Positions 1 to 16,849 of a DNA stretch of 64,000 bases are shown in pieces. The stretch covers positions 1-64,000 of the forward strand of contig NOWV01000018.1 of NCBI GenBank assembly GCA_003344405.1, in the 5' to 3' direction. A model generated the notes under the pieces. It did no database searches. It had not been told where the DNA came from and saw only the letters and a list, made by a program, of their open reading frames with translations. Both the position numbers and the translations under genes were made by a program. This DNA is from Trichoplax sp. H2. Lineage: Eukaryota. Numbering within the stretch: position 1 is the stretch's first letter; each line of letters begins with the position of its first letter.

Positions 1-470
1 CAGCATGCGATCCATTTTTAGGCCTAGGTGTGCGACATTATTTTTGCTAAGGATTTAAACAATCCTTGAGTAAAGATACTGCGCCGTGCCATAGTAATAA
101 CCTATACAGAATGGTATACTACGTCCGCAGATCGGTAATATAGCTGCGTGGACACATGCCAGCTGTTGCGCACGCGTTTTCTATTACTGAGTATACACGT
201 ACGTCCACACACAGTGCAGTCTCTACCAGTACAGTATTTCTACTGTACTGTACATACTGTAGATGTTAGTGGTACAGTACAGCACTGTACAGTACTAAAA
301 GGAAAAGTTCTACTGTAGACTACAGCACTGTACTGTACGTACTGTAGGTATAGGTACTGGTTCTAGTGATACGGTACGGTACTAACTGTACTCACAATCG
401 TCCCGTGTGCGCCTGTCCATTATTATGCAGGCAACAGTTCGCATTTTGCATCACACTAGTAGGATCCAAG

Positions 471-1551
471 ATGGCTGCTCTCAGGAACGGTAAGAATATG
501 CTTGCGCGACTAGGCTACTTAAACAGACGTCAATTTGCATCTGTGGCACAGAGAAGTCCACGATTGAATGTTTATGGAATCACAACAGAAAAGGCATTGA
601 GCTGGTAAGCCAAAGGGAGCTTTTTATATTGATTATTAACGTACATATGGGAAATCCTGTGGAAGAAAAATTCGCAAGTATTCGAGCATGTTTTATAGTC
701 TCGTAAATGTTTGATCAGTATAGCGACGGATTTTGAATTGAAAACAGCTTAGTAAACCAATAATTCAGTAAGTCTATGATTACGTTGCGCTGGTTGTAAA
801 TGCCGTAGTTGTATACTACTGCACAGTATGTACAGTATATTGTACGGTTAGGTTTCTTAGATAATGACATAAGAAATCAATTCATATGTTATACAGAATT
901 CAGGGGATACGATTTTTTTATTAATGAAAGGAAACACCGTTATGAAGATAGGCGAGAGCTTATTTAGAAATTAATCTTCTGACCGAAATGTGCAGTACAA
1001 TATGGAATTAATTACATCCTTGTTCATGCTTTACTTTAGTATTGAATTTCAATGCACTTTTTATTCTGATGTCCAGTCCCACGCGATACTGAGTAGTGAC
1101 AGCAAAATGGTAGTAAAAGAATAATAACTTTGATGGTCAGCCATATATTATAGTATCAAGTTCGGGTGATTCTGTATAGACTTCAAATTTAGTAAACGAT
1201 ATCCTAATCATCCAAATTTTTATCGCTATTGCTAAGAGAACATGCGGATGTTCATATTCAATTGTCAGTTAGTGGCCTCTATCAAACCTTCTTACTGTAC
1301 TCTACTGTAAATGTTGTCTGACTTGTACAGTATTTGTAGCATCATGAGCATACGCGTAAATAATGCGTAAAATATATAAAATCAACTAAGGTTTACTCTC
1401 TCGTCAATATTTTAGGTCTACCACCGGTGCTGTTTGGGGTGCTACCGGATTGATTACCCTCATATATCTTACCGACTGGGAACAAGTTATTCAGTACATA
1501 CCATTTGTCAAGAATAAGATACCACCACGTCCAAAAGAAGAAGAAGAATAG
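471..1551 (+). CDS. UQCR11: Cytochrome b-c1 complex subunit 10 (UQCR11/Qcr10), 2 exons, 89 aa
   Basis: Exons 471-604 and 1416-1551 (GT-AG, phase 2) give MAALRNGKNMLARLGYLNRRQFASVAQRSPRLNVYGITTEKALSW-STTGAVWGATGLITLIYLTDWEQVIQYIPFVKNKIPPRPKEEEE*. The W..T...WG.....L...TDW......P pattern matches UQCR11. Confidence 0.85.
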
Positions 1552-2489
1552 GTCAGCTAAGAAACAAACTGCATCTATCGTGCGGTATAAATTTCCTATT
1601 TCCTTAGTGGCAGTAAATATAGGCAAAGATACTTGCACTTAGATGCTATCTGATAAGACTAATTAATTAATAATGTATCTTTAGATTTATTTCATGTAGC
1701 AATAGATTATTATAACGCAATTTTCTAGTGATTTGGTTCAACAAAGTCGGTCATTTTTATTATAACTCATAATGTGCAATTAAGTTAATACTTTATTTTG
1801 CAGACTAAAACAAAATTAGGACGCTATTTTGAAATGCTGTATTCATCATAATCCCGGAAGTTGATGGAAAGAGCTGTTAATTACTGTAAAATTTAAAATT
1901 ATTAATGATATGGTTATGCCGTCCATGTGAGTGGATACAACATCTAGATTGTTTTTACCGTTTACCCAGATAACTAGCATTAATTTTCTCTGAAAGCTAA
2001 CAGTTCTGATGCGGTGTGGATGATGCTATATTACTAAATAAATTCTTTGGTATAACATCATGATATCTACTTATTGTGTAAGCTTTATTTGAATTATTAT
2101 ACACTGCAACACGCTTTCATACACCTGCACTTACTAAGTAACAGCATGACTAAGAAAACCGAGATCTTGGTATCATTTCTGCGGTAGTGCCCTACAGTAA
2201 TATACTCGTATGTACATAAATATAGTTTAATCTGCGACAGGAAGATAAATGACATCTAAAAATTAGAATTTGCAAAACTATCGAACATAAGGCTATACGG
2301 ACATTGCAATCATACAAATTAAATACTGGAGTTAGCATCGCCCATTTCATCCCAATTACTGTTCAATGATCATCTTTCTTCATACCAATGAATGAATTCT
2401 CCACGTACATTATAATAAAAGTATCAATACATAATTAATGAAAGGAATAAGCTACGATTGCTATTCTTGTCCATGTCGGATGTGAGAAA

Positions 2490-3720
2490 TCATTCACAGA
2501 CGTTACCAAGCACATCTAATTTATAGATTGTTATTCTTCCAAAAAAATCCGAACTACTTGTAAATATTATCTTAAGATATTCAATTTCTTCACTTGCACT
2601 TCCATCGAATATCTATTAATGGTTATATAAGTCAAGGAAGCAATTCACAATACAGTAGATAAATTTTACGTTAAGCTATTGTACTGTACATGCGTCCTTT
2701 AATATCTTTCAGCGGTAGAATCACATCACAATTAACATATTACACACTAGCAATCATAGCAAGAGAATTAAAATATTGCAATACAAAAAGATACTTGGTA
2801 AGAATTTATGTCTTTTGGGTAAAAATCTTGTAGATGATGTAGGCTTTTGCTATCCAATCCTCCTTCAAGCCTGCACTCTTTACCGGCGAATCCACCTTGA
2901 AATTGGATACCTACACTGCTTATTTTCACCCTAGCATCAAATGCCATCATAATATACTGCGGAGATCCCTTTAAAGATAATAAAACATCAATATAGTTCA
3001 ATTATCAGTTGAATTACCTCGATCCTTTCTGATTTACTGATACACACAGTGATTAATGATTAACCCCACTTCTTGTTATAGCAAGAGACTAGATTAATTC
3101 ATTTTATTGAATAAATTACAACACATCTAGGTTATTTAGTTGCAAATTATGATTATTCAAACTATAACATTTAAGTTTTCAGTTATAGTTATTCTCAGCA
3201 ATCACCATAATCATAAGGACTAGGATGAGATTACATGTAGTCTGATTAAAGGTAACCAGAGCTAGATCTGCAAATTGATATACGTATAATTGTATCAGCT
3301 TTGCTAATCAATTTTAGCGATTTGCGTTCACTGGCCATAACTGCTATGTAAAAACTGAAATTCTGAACATTTCTTAATCTGCTAAATATTGCAAAAATTT
3401 ATTCAACTATTATATCTTTACCTGATCGGAGTTCCAACACGTTTCGTCATTTCCATCAAACATAAAATTCTTACCATATGATTTTATCGCTCTGTTGAGG
3501 ACTGAACTAACTCTAATGATCGATTCAATCAATTTTTGTTGAGTAATGAAAAAAGTTTCAATTTACTGTTAGTTTACATTTGATTAATTTTAAACTCGAT
3601 GCTCTCAATGCCATGCAAACTCGTCTGCGATGGAATGATTGATGATTCAACAATATTCACTTACTTGACACGGTGAGCATGAGAGATTAGCGACGTCTGC
3701 TTAGTATTGAAGTCGTCCAT
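2490..3720 (-). CDS. NR2C2AP: Nuclear receptor 2C2-associated protein (TRA16), 4 exons, 147 aa
   Basis: Exons 3720-3665, 3512-3422, 2968-2795 and 2612-2490 join in frame. Motifs VSSVLNR...YGKNFMFDGNDETCWNSDQG, IQFQGGFAG, DFYPKDINSYQ and SSDFFGRITIYKLDVLG match NR2C2AP. Confidence 0.93.
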
Positions 3721-4041
3721 CTCCTGGGCTTATACTGTACATAATTAGAAGTATATAGTATACTGTAAATTACTTTAGCTTTTGATAGCTCCACCAATAC
3801 GATTAGCAATTTTCGACTTTTGATGCAGAAAAACTAAATCAGTACAACCTTATTTACGTACCATAGCTCTTTGCCCTGCACTCCAGTATGCAGTGTACAG
3901 TACAGTACACTACACTACCATATTGTACGTTAGGGTACTACTGTACTATAAACTGCTTGGACTGCCATCCGTCCACCAACACCGTACTCAGTCTACTGCG
4001 GACACTGGACTAGCCACTAGCTAGGTATTTGCTGCTTCAAT

Positions 4042-6283
4042 ATGGCTGATGGTGGCGAAAAATCAAAAGTAGTAATGCCACCAGTAGTAAAAATAAGCGC
4101 TCAGCAGCTAATAGAAGATAAAGACCATTGGCCGGAATACCTAAAGATTGGTAAATTTATTGCTGAATCAGGTATATATCATAGAATATTGACCTTTTTA
4201 CGCTAGGGTAGATACGATAGGATTGCTAATGGAGAAATTGAAATAACTGCAAAGGCAGGTGCATGAACTTTATTATCTGTAAATAATTGTATATTCTATG
4301 ACTACTATATGTTAAAATGGCCGTCAGCTGATTTTTGATCAAGGCAGACTTGGATATCGAAGTAGCATACGATACAATTGTTTAATCTTATATCTACTCT
4401 CTATGGATGTAGACTTACGTAGTGGGTAATCACATTTGCAGCTTGCATATCCGTTCGTAAACATAACGTTACGAATCACTAAATAACTACAGTACGAGTA
4501 TAATCATAATATTATTAATATATTATTATTGACTTCAGACTCCTTTGACTAATATAAGAGGAGAATGCAGACTGATGATTAATGTGTAGAATTTATTACC
4601 GTAGATAAATGAGAAATTTCTTTACCATTGTAATGTTGAGCGAATTTACCTGTGTGATGTGCCTTACCAATAAAATGTCTTGCTTTCATAGTTCCTCTCA
4701 TAACTAATTGGTTTAGTATCTAACAATTCATAGCGCTACAGCTATTATTACTTATCAATGTTGTATCCCACAAATTTTTTCATTGTATTGTACATACGGG
4801 TATATTCTATTCGAGTAGGTATCAAATTGAAACTTGGATCTGTTGTTATTGCAAGAGCTGCAACCATTTATCATCGCTTTTATTTCCTATGTGATATTAG
4901 CCAATTCGACCGTTATGTAAGCCTTTTGTATACTAAGAAAAGTTTAACATCAGACTTGCATTTGAAATCTCCATTCATAAATGAAAGGCAGAAAATCTTT
5001 AAAAACATTTAATTAATGATACAGTAATAATTGCACTCCTAACAATGACCATTTTACTAAAATGTTGTTGCTAAGTTATGCAATAAATCTATTTCTATCA
5101 GCTTGTAGCTGTAACTTGCTTATATTTAGCTAGTAAAGTTGAAGATACACCGCGTCGGGCGCGAGATGTGATAACAACATCCTACAAGTAAGATAATACA
5201 GTAGCTATTTTGCCTATGTTAATGATGTGTATCCGTTGCAATTTAGTGAAGAATGTATAGTAGCGACTACTCCATAATTAAATATCTAACTATCTACATA
5301 AACCCCCGAAATGAAATGTAAAAATTTCAATCCTTTATTAGAGTACTACATAAGGAGAAACCGATTTTGAAAGTTGACAGCTTTTACTGGCAATTAAGGG
5401 ACAGCGTAGTAAACTTTGAATTGTTCATGTTAAGAATGCTCAAATTCGATGTCTCTTCCGAGTTACCTCACAAGGTAGAAAATATTCGTGCATATATATA
5501 TATAAAACTGTACACTAGTGTACAGTTTAGGTGTATAATGTTTTATCAGGCCACTCAAATTATATATTTATTAAAAATCGTTACTACTGATTGTTACTAA
5601 CAATGTGATCTTGTTATAAAATTTCATACCATGCTTTCTTTTTCCTTAGTATCTTTTACATTACTTAAAATCGTTACAAGATTGGTGTGGTGAATCGAAC
5701 TGGACAACTAACCACATAAATCAACTTTGTTGGCAACTACTACAAGATACATCATTATTGCCCTTTATATTATTATATCCCCCTTCAGTTATAGCTACCG
5801 CAGTAATTTATTTAGCAGTAAAATGTAATAATATCGAAGTTCCCAGTGAAGGCAGTACCAAGCCCTGGTGGAATGTGAGTTTGATAAATTGAATTATCTG
5901 TTGTTTTACTAAAAGCTAGATGAAACTAGTGCATTAATATTCGTAAACATAAGATACAGCTTTAGTTGATAAAAATGTATGAATCTTATTATCAGTATAC
6001 GCGTAAAGCGTGGTACCGTACACCTACACTAGGTATACCGTCTACTGCTACAAACATCATTTGAAAGGGTAAATGATGAAAGTGACTAAATTTTTATGCA
6101 GTTGTAGGCTGATTTGCAATATTACCAATGTTTTTACTATTACATCATCGGATATTATTCCAGCTACAGGACTAAGACATGCCAAATTTTCATTATAATA
6201 TACTATAGGTATTTTCTCCAAACTTAAATGAAGAAGGTCTTCAACAATTATGCTATAAATTTATGGAACTCTACGACACATAA
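4042..6283 (+). CDS. CCNQ: Cyclin Q (FAM58A / cyclin M), 6 exons, 248 aa
   Basis: Exons 4042-4171, 4819-4916, 5102-5187, 5342-5474, 5650-5874 and 6209-6283 join in frame. Motifs: FIAESGIKL, ATIYHRFY, LYLASKVED, FYWQLRDSVVNFELFMLRMLKF, LPHKYLLHYLKSL, KPWWNVF. Confidence 0.93.
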
Positions 6284-6951
6284 TAAAAACGATAATCTGC
6301 CTTTATATTGTGCATTTAGTAATTTATTCTTCACGGAGATGCTAAATAATAACGGCCCAATGATATTGTACAGTTTCATATTTTATCTATTACAGTAAGC
6401 TATTCTAAACAGAAGATCACTGATATACCCGTATATCATTATCTGCCTAATTAATACACGCAAGACAAACCAGTGCGAATGCAGATCTAATGGAAATTTT
6501 TATCATTTCAGTTATTAAAGATATAGTCGCTCCGTATTTCGACTACTTGCTTGCACCTTATTACGTAGAATAGCAAACATAAAAGTACCTATTTTACAGT
6601 ACTTTTCAACAAGTAATACACGTTGCTGCAGTAAAGCTTATTACGCAATTTTAACATAATCGATAAATTCTATATTTTAGAATAGCAACAGTAGCATTTA
6701 TGATAATATAATCCTATACGAACTCTTAGGCACTACAAGCAGAGTAAATTCTTTTATACATTATGGACAGCGCATCGTGTTAGTTGAGAGAAATTATTTA
6801 CGGTTCGAATTACTCTACGCGTCTAGGTTTTGTTTACTTAGATTACTTATTATCTGCTACTAATAAGGTTAACATCGGAATAATAGCATATTATATTCAT
6901 TATCATATAGTAAATAATTATAATCATGGGAAATGGATAATTTTTTCACAC

Positions 6952-9150
6952 TTATGCCACAACACCATCTCCAAGGATATCATAGCCACTAATGAGTCTA
7001 TCATTAGATCTTCTGCACATTATGAAGACAGTACAAATCATGCATAATATCTAGAAAGGAATGAAAAATTCAATATTAAAATTTTTACAATCAAGATCTA
7101 TAACCAAAGAATCGACCTTGATGCAAAAATATGCTATCAACATTTGCTTTCCAACCTGAATTGCGGCAAAAGAAGCAGCGACTGCGATAATGATACCCAT
7201 ATCGTCATGAGCGACATTAAAGATCGCGTCGTGGCAACCCTAAATATTCATGGGATTATGAAATACATGCGTCACACTGGGGTCATTTAGTTCTAGCTTT
7301 TGAATAATAACAACAATCGTATAAACTCCATACCTCGATATAAATTATTTCGCCAGCTTGATTTCGTGGTAAAGATAGAGAATCATTCCCGCATCCGGAA
7401 GTTCTATTTTTGCAACAGCTATCCGGTACGGACGCAGGGTAAACATGATCAAATGGAGAGCTGGACCAATCGGTGTAGTTGTGGTTACCACAGCAGTGAA
7501 ACTACAATATAACAATCCATGGTAAGATTTCATCTATGCAGTATCATGATAATTTGACTAGAAAGAGCATTTGACAAATGTATTTCGCACACGGTGCTAA
7601 CACTAGGCATTATTCTTAGGTAATTCATACCAATTCCTGAATTTTATCAACGATTCTGTCGATGCCATGGTCATTATGTGTATCGTAATTCTTGATGGCA
7701 TTTTCTAAATCTTTACCAATGAAATCCGATATCTATTGCACATAACGATTATTTTTTATTTTAGCTTAATTAGTACTTGTAAAGTATATAATATTAAATT
7801 AACAAGTTGTTCTTTAAACAAAAAACTCACATTCGATTTGAAGAAAACGCCCAAAGCAACTGCTGCAATTTCCATGGCAAAGATGGCAAACAGGATAAAG
7901 AAAAACTAAATACAAGTCGACATGAAATCAATTAAGTTGTGCTATATATAGAGACATTCATAGTAAATAAAAATAATACGCAATGTAGATATACTGTACT
8001 ACAATATCGCATATGATTTCTTATAGCTTCTTCTAGAAATCTGTTAATGCAAAACATAGATACGGTTATATTTCTTACCACTCCAAAACATGCACGCGAA
8101 TTTCTGCTCGCTGCACACCAACCAAGAACAGCACAGAAGAAAAATAGCACACCGACTCCGATAATGATGCCAAACGGCAATACAGTATATTGTTCATTTA
8201 AAACAGATGTATAGTCTCCATATACTCCCATCAAGTAACCACCAAAAACGATCAAGGCAACACCTACCAGCTACCAATAGCAAGATAACACATAAATTAA
8301 TTCTATCCAAGAAGACGCATTGTAGATTAGTAGCAAAAGTCCCGTACTGCACTGCACTATAGAGAGTACAGTAGGTCATGAAAGACTGTAATTTAAATAT
8401 TTTTGATATCATGAATTTAGAAGGTGTAAAACTTTGGAGTGTGAAAATGCAGTCAAAAGAAGTGATAATTTTAATTATTTGCCTTGAGCATACTGTACTG
8501 TATACGTCAATCTGCGAGTACTCATCACAAAATGAGAAGAAATGCTGCATCATGATTTCCGATCAACTGGTTTTGTTTTAGAATAGGACGTAAGAGGTGT
8601 TAATTAATCAATTTGCTCAACTTTAAAAATTTTTGAAAACTTTTAAAATTGACTGTCTGCATTATTAGTCATACTGTTATTGCCTTGGATACAGCAGAGT
8701 ATACTTACACTGTACAGTACTACTGCACTATAACGTTAGTGTTCAAAAACATGGCATAACGTCGATTGCAACTCTAGCACTGTATTGTACGGTAAAGTAC
8801 TGTACATTCTACATAGTCAATACAGTACTGTACAGTATATGCAAAACTATGAAAAGTTTTACTTGCATAGTAAACGTTAAGGAAATTCGAGAAACTGTGT
8901 CTACGAACATATAGAAGATTTCATTAAAATTAGGCAAATAACATAGAAGCAGTTAATACGACATTTACATTACAGCAAATATTGGAAAAAATAAGTTGAA
9001 TGACTAATTCGTCAATGTCTAAAAGACCAATGGCATCCTGGAGAACATCAGTCAAGTTCAACTGTAATATCGTACATTCTGTCAACAGCTTACCCATATT
9101 ATTAGATTGAAAAAGCATAAGAAACATTTGGAACAATCTCTTTCAGCCAT
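6952..9150 (-). CDS. Tetraspanin, 7 exons, 258 aa (6-Cys large extracellular loop)
   Basis: Exons 9150-9094, 8270-8079, 7905-7831, 7732-7631, 7501-7334, 7239-7156 and 7050-6952, all phase 0. Four TM segments, N-terminal CSKCFLCFFNLIIW, FHCCG, VPDSCC, GC...EGC and a C-terminal GYDIL (YxxPhi) motif. Confidence 0.93.
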
Positions 9151-9421
9151 ATCGACGCTTCAAGGAAAATTCTCTTTAAAAGTCAATCAATTATCAACGG
9201 GAAATTGGATTTTAACTGCAAATTTTCAATTGTATCCAAGAATACTTAGATCTTGAATTTAACGAACCACCCGTAACTGTTAACAATAATAATAAACGCT
9301 ATCGTGAAGATGTAACCCGTATTTATCGGTACAAATAGTGTAACGTAAGGTACTGTACTGAGACTGGTATCGCGCGGTCCACAATTTTAGCCTGGCTGAC
9401 TTGCGCAATTCGAATTTTTGA

Positions 9422-9460
9422 ACCAATCAGCTAACACCGGTTGTCTTGTAGCCAATCACA
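9422..9460 (+). promoter_or_regulatory. Pair of CCAAT boxes (AACCAATCAG, AGCCAATCAC) between the tetraspanin start and the TPR relic
   Basis: Two NF-Y-consensus RRCCAATCA sites about 30 bp apart, upstream of the tetraspanin ATG (9150, -) and of the first donor of the + strand relic (9529). Confidence 0.5.
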
Positions 9461-9523
9461 GATAATCACCCCATTCACATGATTTCAGCAAGACTTGGAA
9501 CTAAAAATAGGGTTTGCGACTCG

Positions 9524-11620
9524 ATGAGGTAATGCAGTAGATCTGCACTATAACTGTACCGTCATAATACAGAACCAAACCTCTGACCGATCTTTTGAAG
9601 ACGTCCTATGGAATCTTGTTTGTTAAGCAATACGCTTCATAAAATATACATATTGAAGTTATAGTTAGTTATACTACGCAATAGCATGTCTAGTTCAGGT
9701 AAACAAAATAAAGAGAAATTCCAAAGCTTAACTGCGAACTGGTAGTTTCATTACGCTGTCAATAAATTCCTTTTTAAAATTTTGGAATTATGATTTTTTG
9801 AGGCTGAACCATATTGTGAGTTGCAGAACGTGATAGTATGATATTCGTGTTTTATGAAATACCAATTTCTCAGGCTTCATACGGAGTACGTTTGGAAATT
9901 AATGAAAGCAACCGATTAACTCATGTATCTAGACACTACGATTCATAGTCAGCAACTCTTAGGCAAAAAATTAGGACAAATTCAGGTACTTCCGATTACC
10001 TACAGTAAAACCCTTTCGGCCGGTCCCAAACTATGTATGCTGTACAATGTATAGTGCTCTCTCTCTCACACACTCCTAAGGTCTCTAGTGTACAGTGTAC
10101 ACTATCCTACAATATTTTGTAACTTCCTTCTTCTTCACTCCCGAAACCTGAAATCGTACTTAGTGTGTGTTGTCATGGACTTGGAGATGGCGCCAACTAT
10201 GCACTATGCAATGCGAAGAAAGTTAGTATAAAATATAATATAAGCGTACTGTATTCTGTATACAGTATACCACATATTACTGTATACTATTAGTTTAGGA
10301 CATGATATTGAATTTACAGCTGAAAAATAAATGTTTCACTTCTAAGGGCGTAGACGTCTACAATCGTTGGATAAAATACTAGCTATAGTGAATTACAACA
10401 TGAGTCCAAATGAGTCATTTTTTGGGTCAAAAGACAGTATATAAAAAATATGATTTTATATTGTTTGTCTCTTAATTATGTCCTCTGGCAAACTTGCAAT
10501 TTCAATGCATATTAGCACAGCAATTAGTATAGCTATTAGCACAGCTACAGCTGTACTAATATAATTTTGATAATTAATTATAGGAGCATTATAAATTTAA
10601 TCGGTGCAATAGATTCCTTAGCAACACTTTAAAATTGATGAGTGATGGTCAATCAAAATATTGCGAACTTAGGTAAAAAAATCAAAATTAATCAACGTAA
10701 ACGACGATCGTCGATATTTTAATTTCATGATTTTATTTGATTACAGTAATATGCTTAATGATACAGCGCAACAGTTTAGTATGTAAACCTCCGATAAGAG
10801 CTAAAGCTAAAAATATGTCATTAATCAATAGATTGCTGCAATTACTCCTAATTAATAATTTTAAGCAATATAAATTCATAATAGGCCTATTGCATTGGTC
10901 GTATAGTTTCTACGTGTTGCATAAATATGTAGCTAAGAGATAAGAAAGATTTTTTGAGACTTATCCCCATTATATATTGTATGATAGATAACCAATGAAA
11001 ATATTATCAAGCAGTATCGATACAGTGCAAATCCTTAGCTGCTCAATCACTAACTTTTGGAGAAAATATTTCTGATCTTGCTACATCACATAGTCACATC
11101 TATTGGTCTATGCAACTAAATATAAAATATAACAGCGTATATCGTAAACCTCAAAATTTTTGAAAGAAAAGATTATGGGGAAATACTTTCAATATTGCCG
11201 TTTCATTTATAAACATTGGAATTATTAGAAATATTCAAAGTAAATTTAAAGATGGCCTAAAAAATGCTATTCAAATCCTTATAACTAAATTGCAAATATT
11301 GGAACATACTTTAAACGTTGCCTCGTAAAATAATTTTGAAGTTATTCGTTGTAATTAATTTAGATAAGGGTATATCTTTCAATACCCCTAAGATTCTGTA
11401 AAGAATAGTTTGATCATTGTTATGTCATCATAGATAGAATTGACTAATTACGTCGGTGCAAATATGAGATACAGCAAACGATTCAAAAATTCGCTAGATT
11501 TTCGACTACTTTTTCGCGAGAGAACATCTAAAAGTTGCAAATTCATATTATATCTACACTGTCAATACTAAATATAACAATACGCTCTCAGTGCAACACA
11601 AGCTTCTCAAGAGTTAATTG
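9524..11620 (+). pseudogene. Decayed spliced gene encoding kinesin-light-chain/NPHP3-type TPR repeats
   Basis: Exons 9524-9528, 9685-9741, 9874-9985 and 10584-10672 splice in one frame with a single internal TAA. Positions 11000-11600 give frameshifted TPR-like peptides: KSLAAQSLTFGENISDLATSHSHI, NIAVSFINIGIIRNIQSKFKDGL, LNVAS*NNF, SLDFRL..EHLKVANSY. Confidence 0.5.
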
Positions 11621-12679
11621 CAAATTTAGAACTAATGATTTAAATGTTGCTAATTTTCACATTCATATTGGATGTATTTACTAAAATTATAATCAATATA
11701 AATTATGAAGATGCATTATTAGTGGAAAATCTTTGCAAGAGACGGCATAGATTAAATTTAAATGATTAACCTAAATTAATAGTCATGCGATAAATTGACA
11801 GAAGAAATCCATTAAAGCATTAATTGGTATTATTCATAATCATTTTACCATTAATATTATCACAATATGATCATTTTTATTTTATATCTATATTGATATT
11901 GTGTAAAATATCGTGTATTGCCGTATAGAGGCGAATTAATCACTGACTTAGATTCACGATACTAATACATGCGATCAGTACTTCGATTGTAATGATGTAG
12001 TAAACTGAGACTTTATTCATAGCAGATTGAACAAATTCCTTACAGGTCATCATAGTATTTTATACACGTACATTAATCCTACTTAGATACAAATATGGAT
12101 TTGTAGGCGTAAATAAGAGAAATACATGTATACTCGTAGTGAAGCATAATTGCATTCAAGTAAATGCCACAATATCAATTAATACGTCTCTTACACTTGG
12201 AATTTAAAATCCTTTATTTAGAAATGTGTATACAATGGAAAAAAGATTGCAACTCTTAACTATACCATAGATTTTAAATAATATATAATCATCCTTATTG
12301 CATTAAATTACAAAAAGTCAAATAAGTTTGTAACGGCTACCGTTGAGATTGTTTATGAATAATTATAATAAAGCAATATTCTCAATCATTTAGAACTTAG
12401 ATCAATATTCTTTCCAGTTATTGACTAGCGTGCTGCATTCATTGATGTCTATCTTTTATTCTTATTAGGACTGAAGAATATACGACATACACCCAGAAAC
12501 TAGAGTAATTAACAGATTGGTAATCAATAAAAATTTACTGTAACTACTGACGGTGGCTACGAAAAGTACTAGCTAGTCCAGGTAACATCAAATAATACAA
12601 TTATAGACGGTCTATCTAATCATATCCACCGTACAATGTAAATGAGAAAGTTTGATCAACTTTTGATTTACCATAGATC

Positions 12680-13050
12680 TGAAAGTTTATGGTCACTATA
12701 TGAGTAATATTAATCATGATAAGATCAGTGGCTATGATCACGGCGATAGCAGCTCGTATAATAATACGAATGCAGAGGGTACTAGCAGGATCGTAAAAGA
12801 AATAAAATATACATCTATTAAATGCATACGAACATGGATACCGATAATCTTTGTAGTGTTACGATATGTAAACATCGTTACATTTAATTATTGTAAACTA
12901 TAGCTATTGATAAATAATAATCATAGGTAGTAATGAAGATTGACGTTGATATGTGCGAAATTATGATGGGCGATAATGAAAATAAATTAAGTTGGATGGT
13001 AGATGAAATTTGACTGTCAGTATGCCGTGTTGAGATCATATCACTTTGTA
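12680..13050 (-). pseudogene. Possible decayed class A GPCR fragment (TM3-ECL2-TM5)
   Basis: Broken minus-strand peptides SHISTSIFITTYDYYLSIA, YFFYDPASTLCIR and AAIAVIIATDLIMINI; recognised by eye only. Confidence 0.25.
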
Positions 13051-13558
13051 AGATTTATGGTAGTGCTAAAACAAACGGTATTAGTCTTGCAACATGCATC
13101 ACTATAAAACTAATTTTCATTGTTATCATCACTTTTAAAAAGTATAATTCCTGATCATGATCATTTGAAGTTGTTTGCGGTATAATGTATGGTTACTAGC
13201 TTCTATATCCATTACTCAGGGATATTGCAGTTAAGTTAAGACACCATATTGACGTAATCAAAACACACTACAAAGTACAAGCTAAACTAGAGTGAATAGA
13301 TCAATTTGCCTACAAAAAAATTCTTACAGCACTTGCGTCTTATTAATTATAGCTCAGGAAATAATCATTTTACTCTTAATGAAAGAGCTCAATGTATGAC
13401 ATCATTAAATCTTTATTTCGAATAGAAATAGACAAATCAATCAACAATTTCATATGAATAATGTTGATCAATAATTATTGACCACAGCGGGTGTGTAAAA
13501 GCAAAATAAGACAATACCTATTATGAAACATTTGCTAATTATATTTATCTCAAGCTAT

Positions 13559-16779
<3,221 letters not shown>

Positions 16780-16823
16780 TATAAGTCGATATTTCTAATC
16801 ACGGATTAACCGAGAATGGACTA

Positions 16824-16835
16824 CCAAGATGGCGG
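16824..16835 (+). promoter_or_regulatory. YY1-consensus site CCAAGATGGCGG 45 bp upstream of the ATP5F1A ATG
   Basis: Match to the YY1 core CAAGATGGCGG. CCAAGATGGC also overlaps the UQCR11 ATG (466-475). Confidence 0.45.
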
Positions 16836-16849
16836 AAAGGGCAACAAAG

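Noticed and set aside
1393-1638. 81-aa minus-strand ORF
   Set aside because: Antisense shadow of UQCR11 exon 2.
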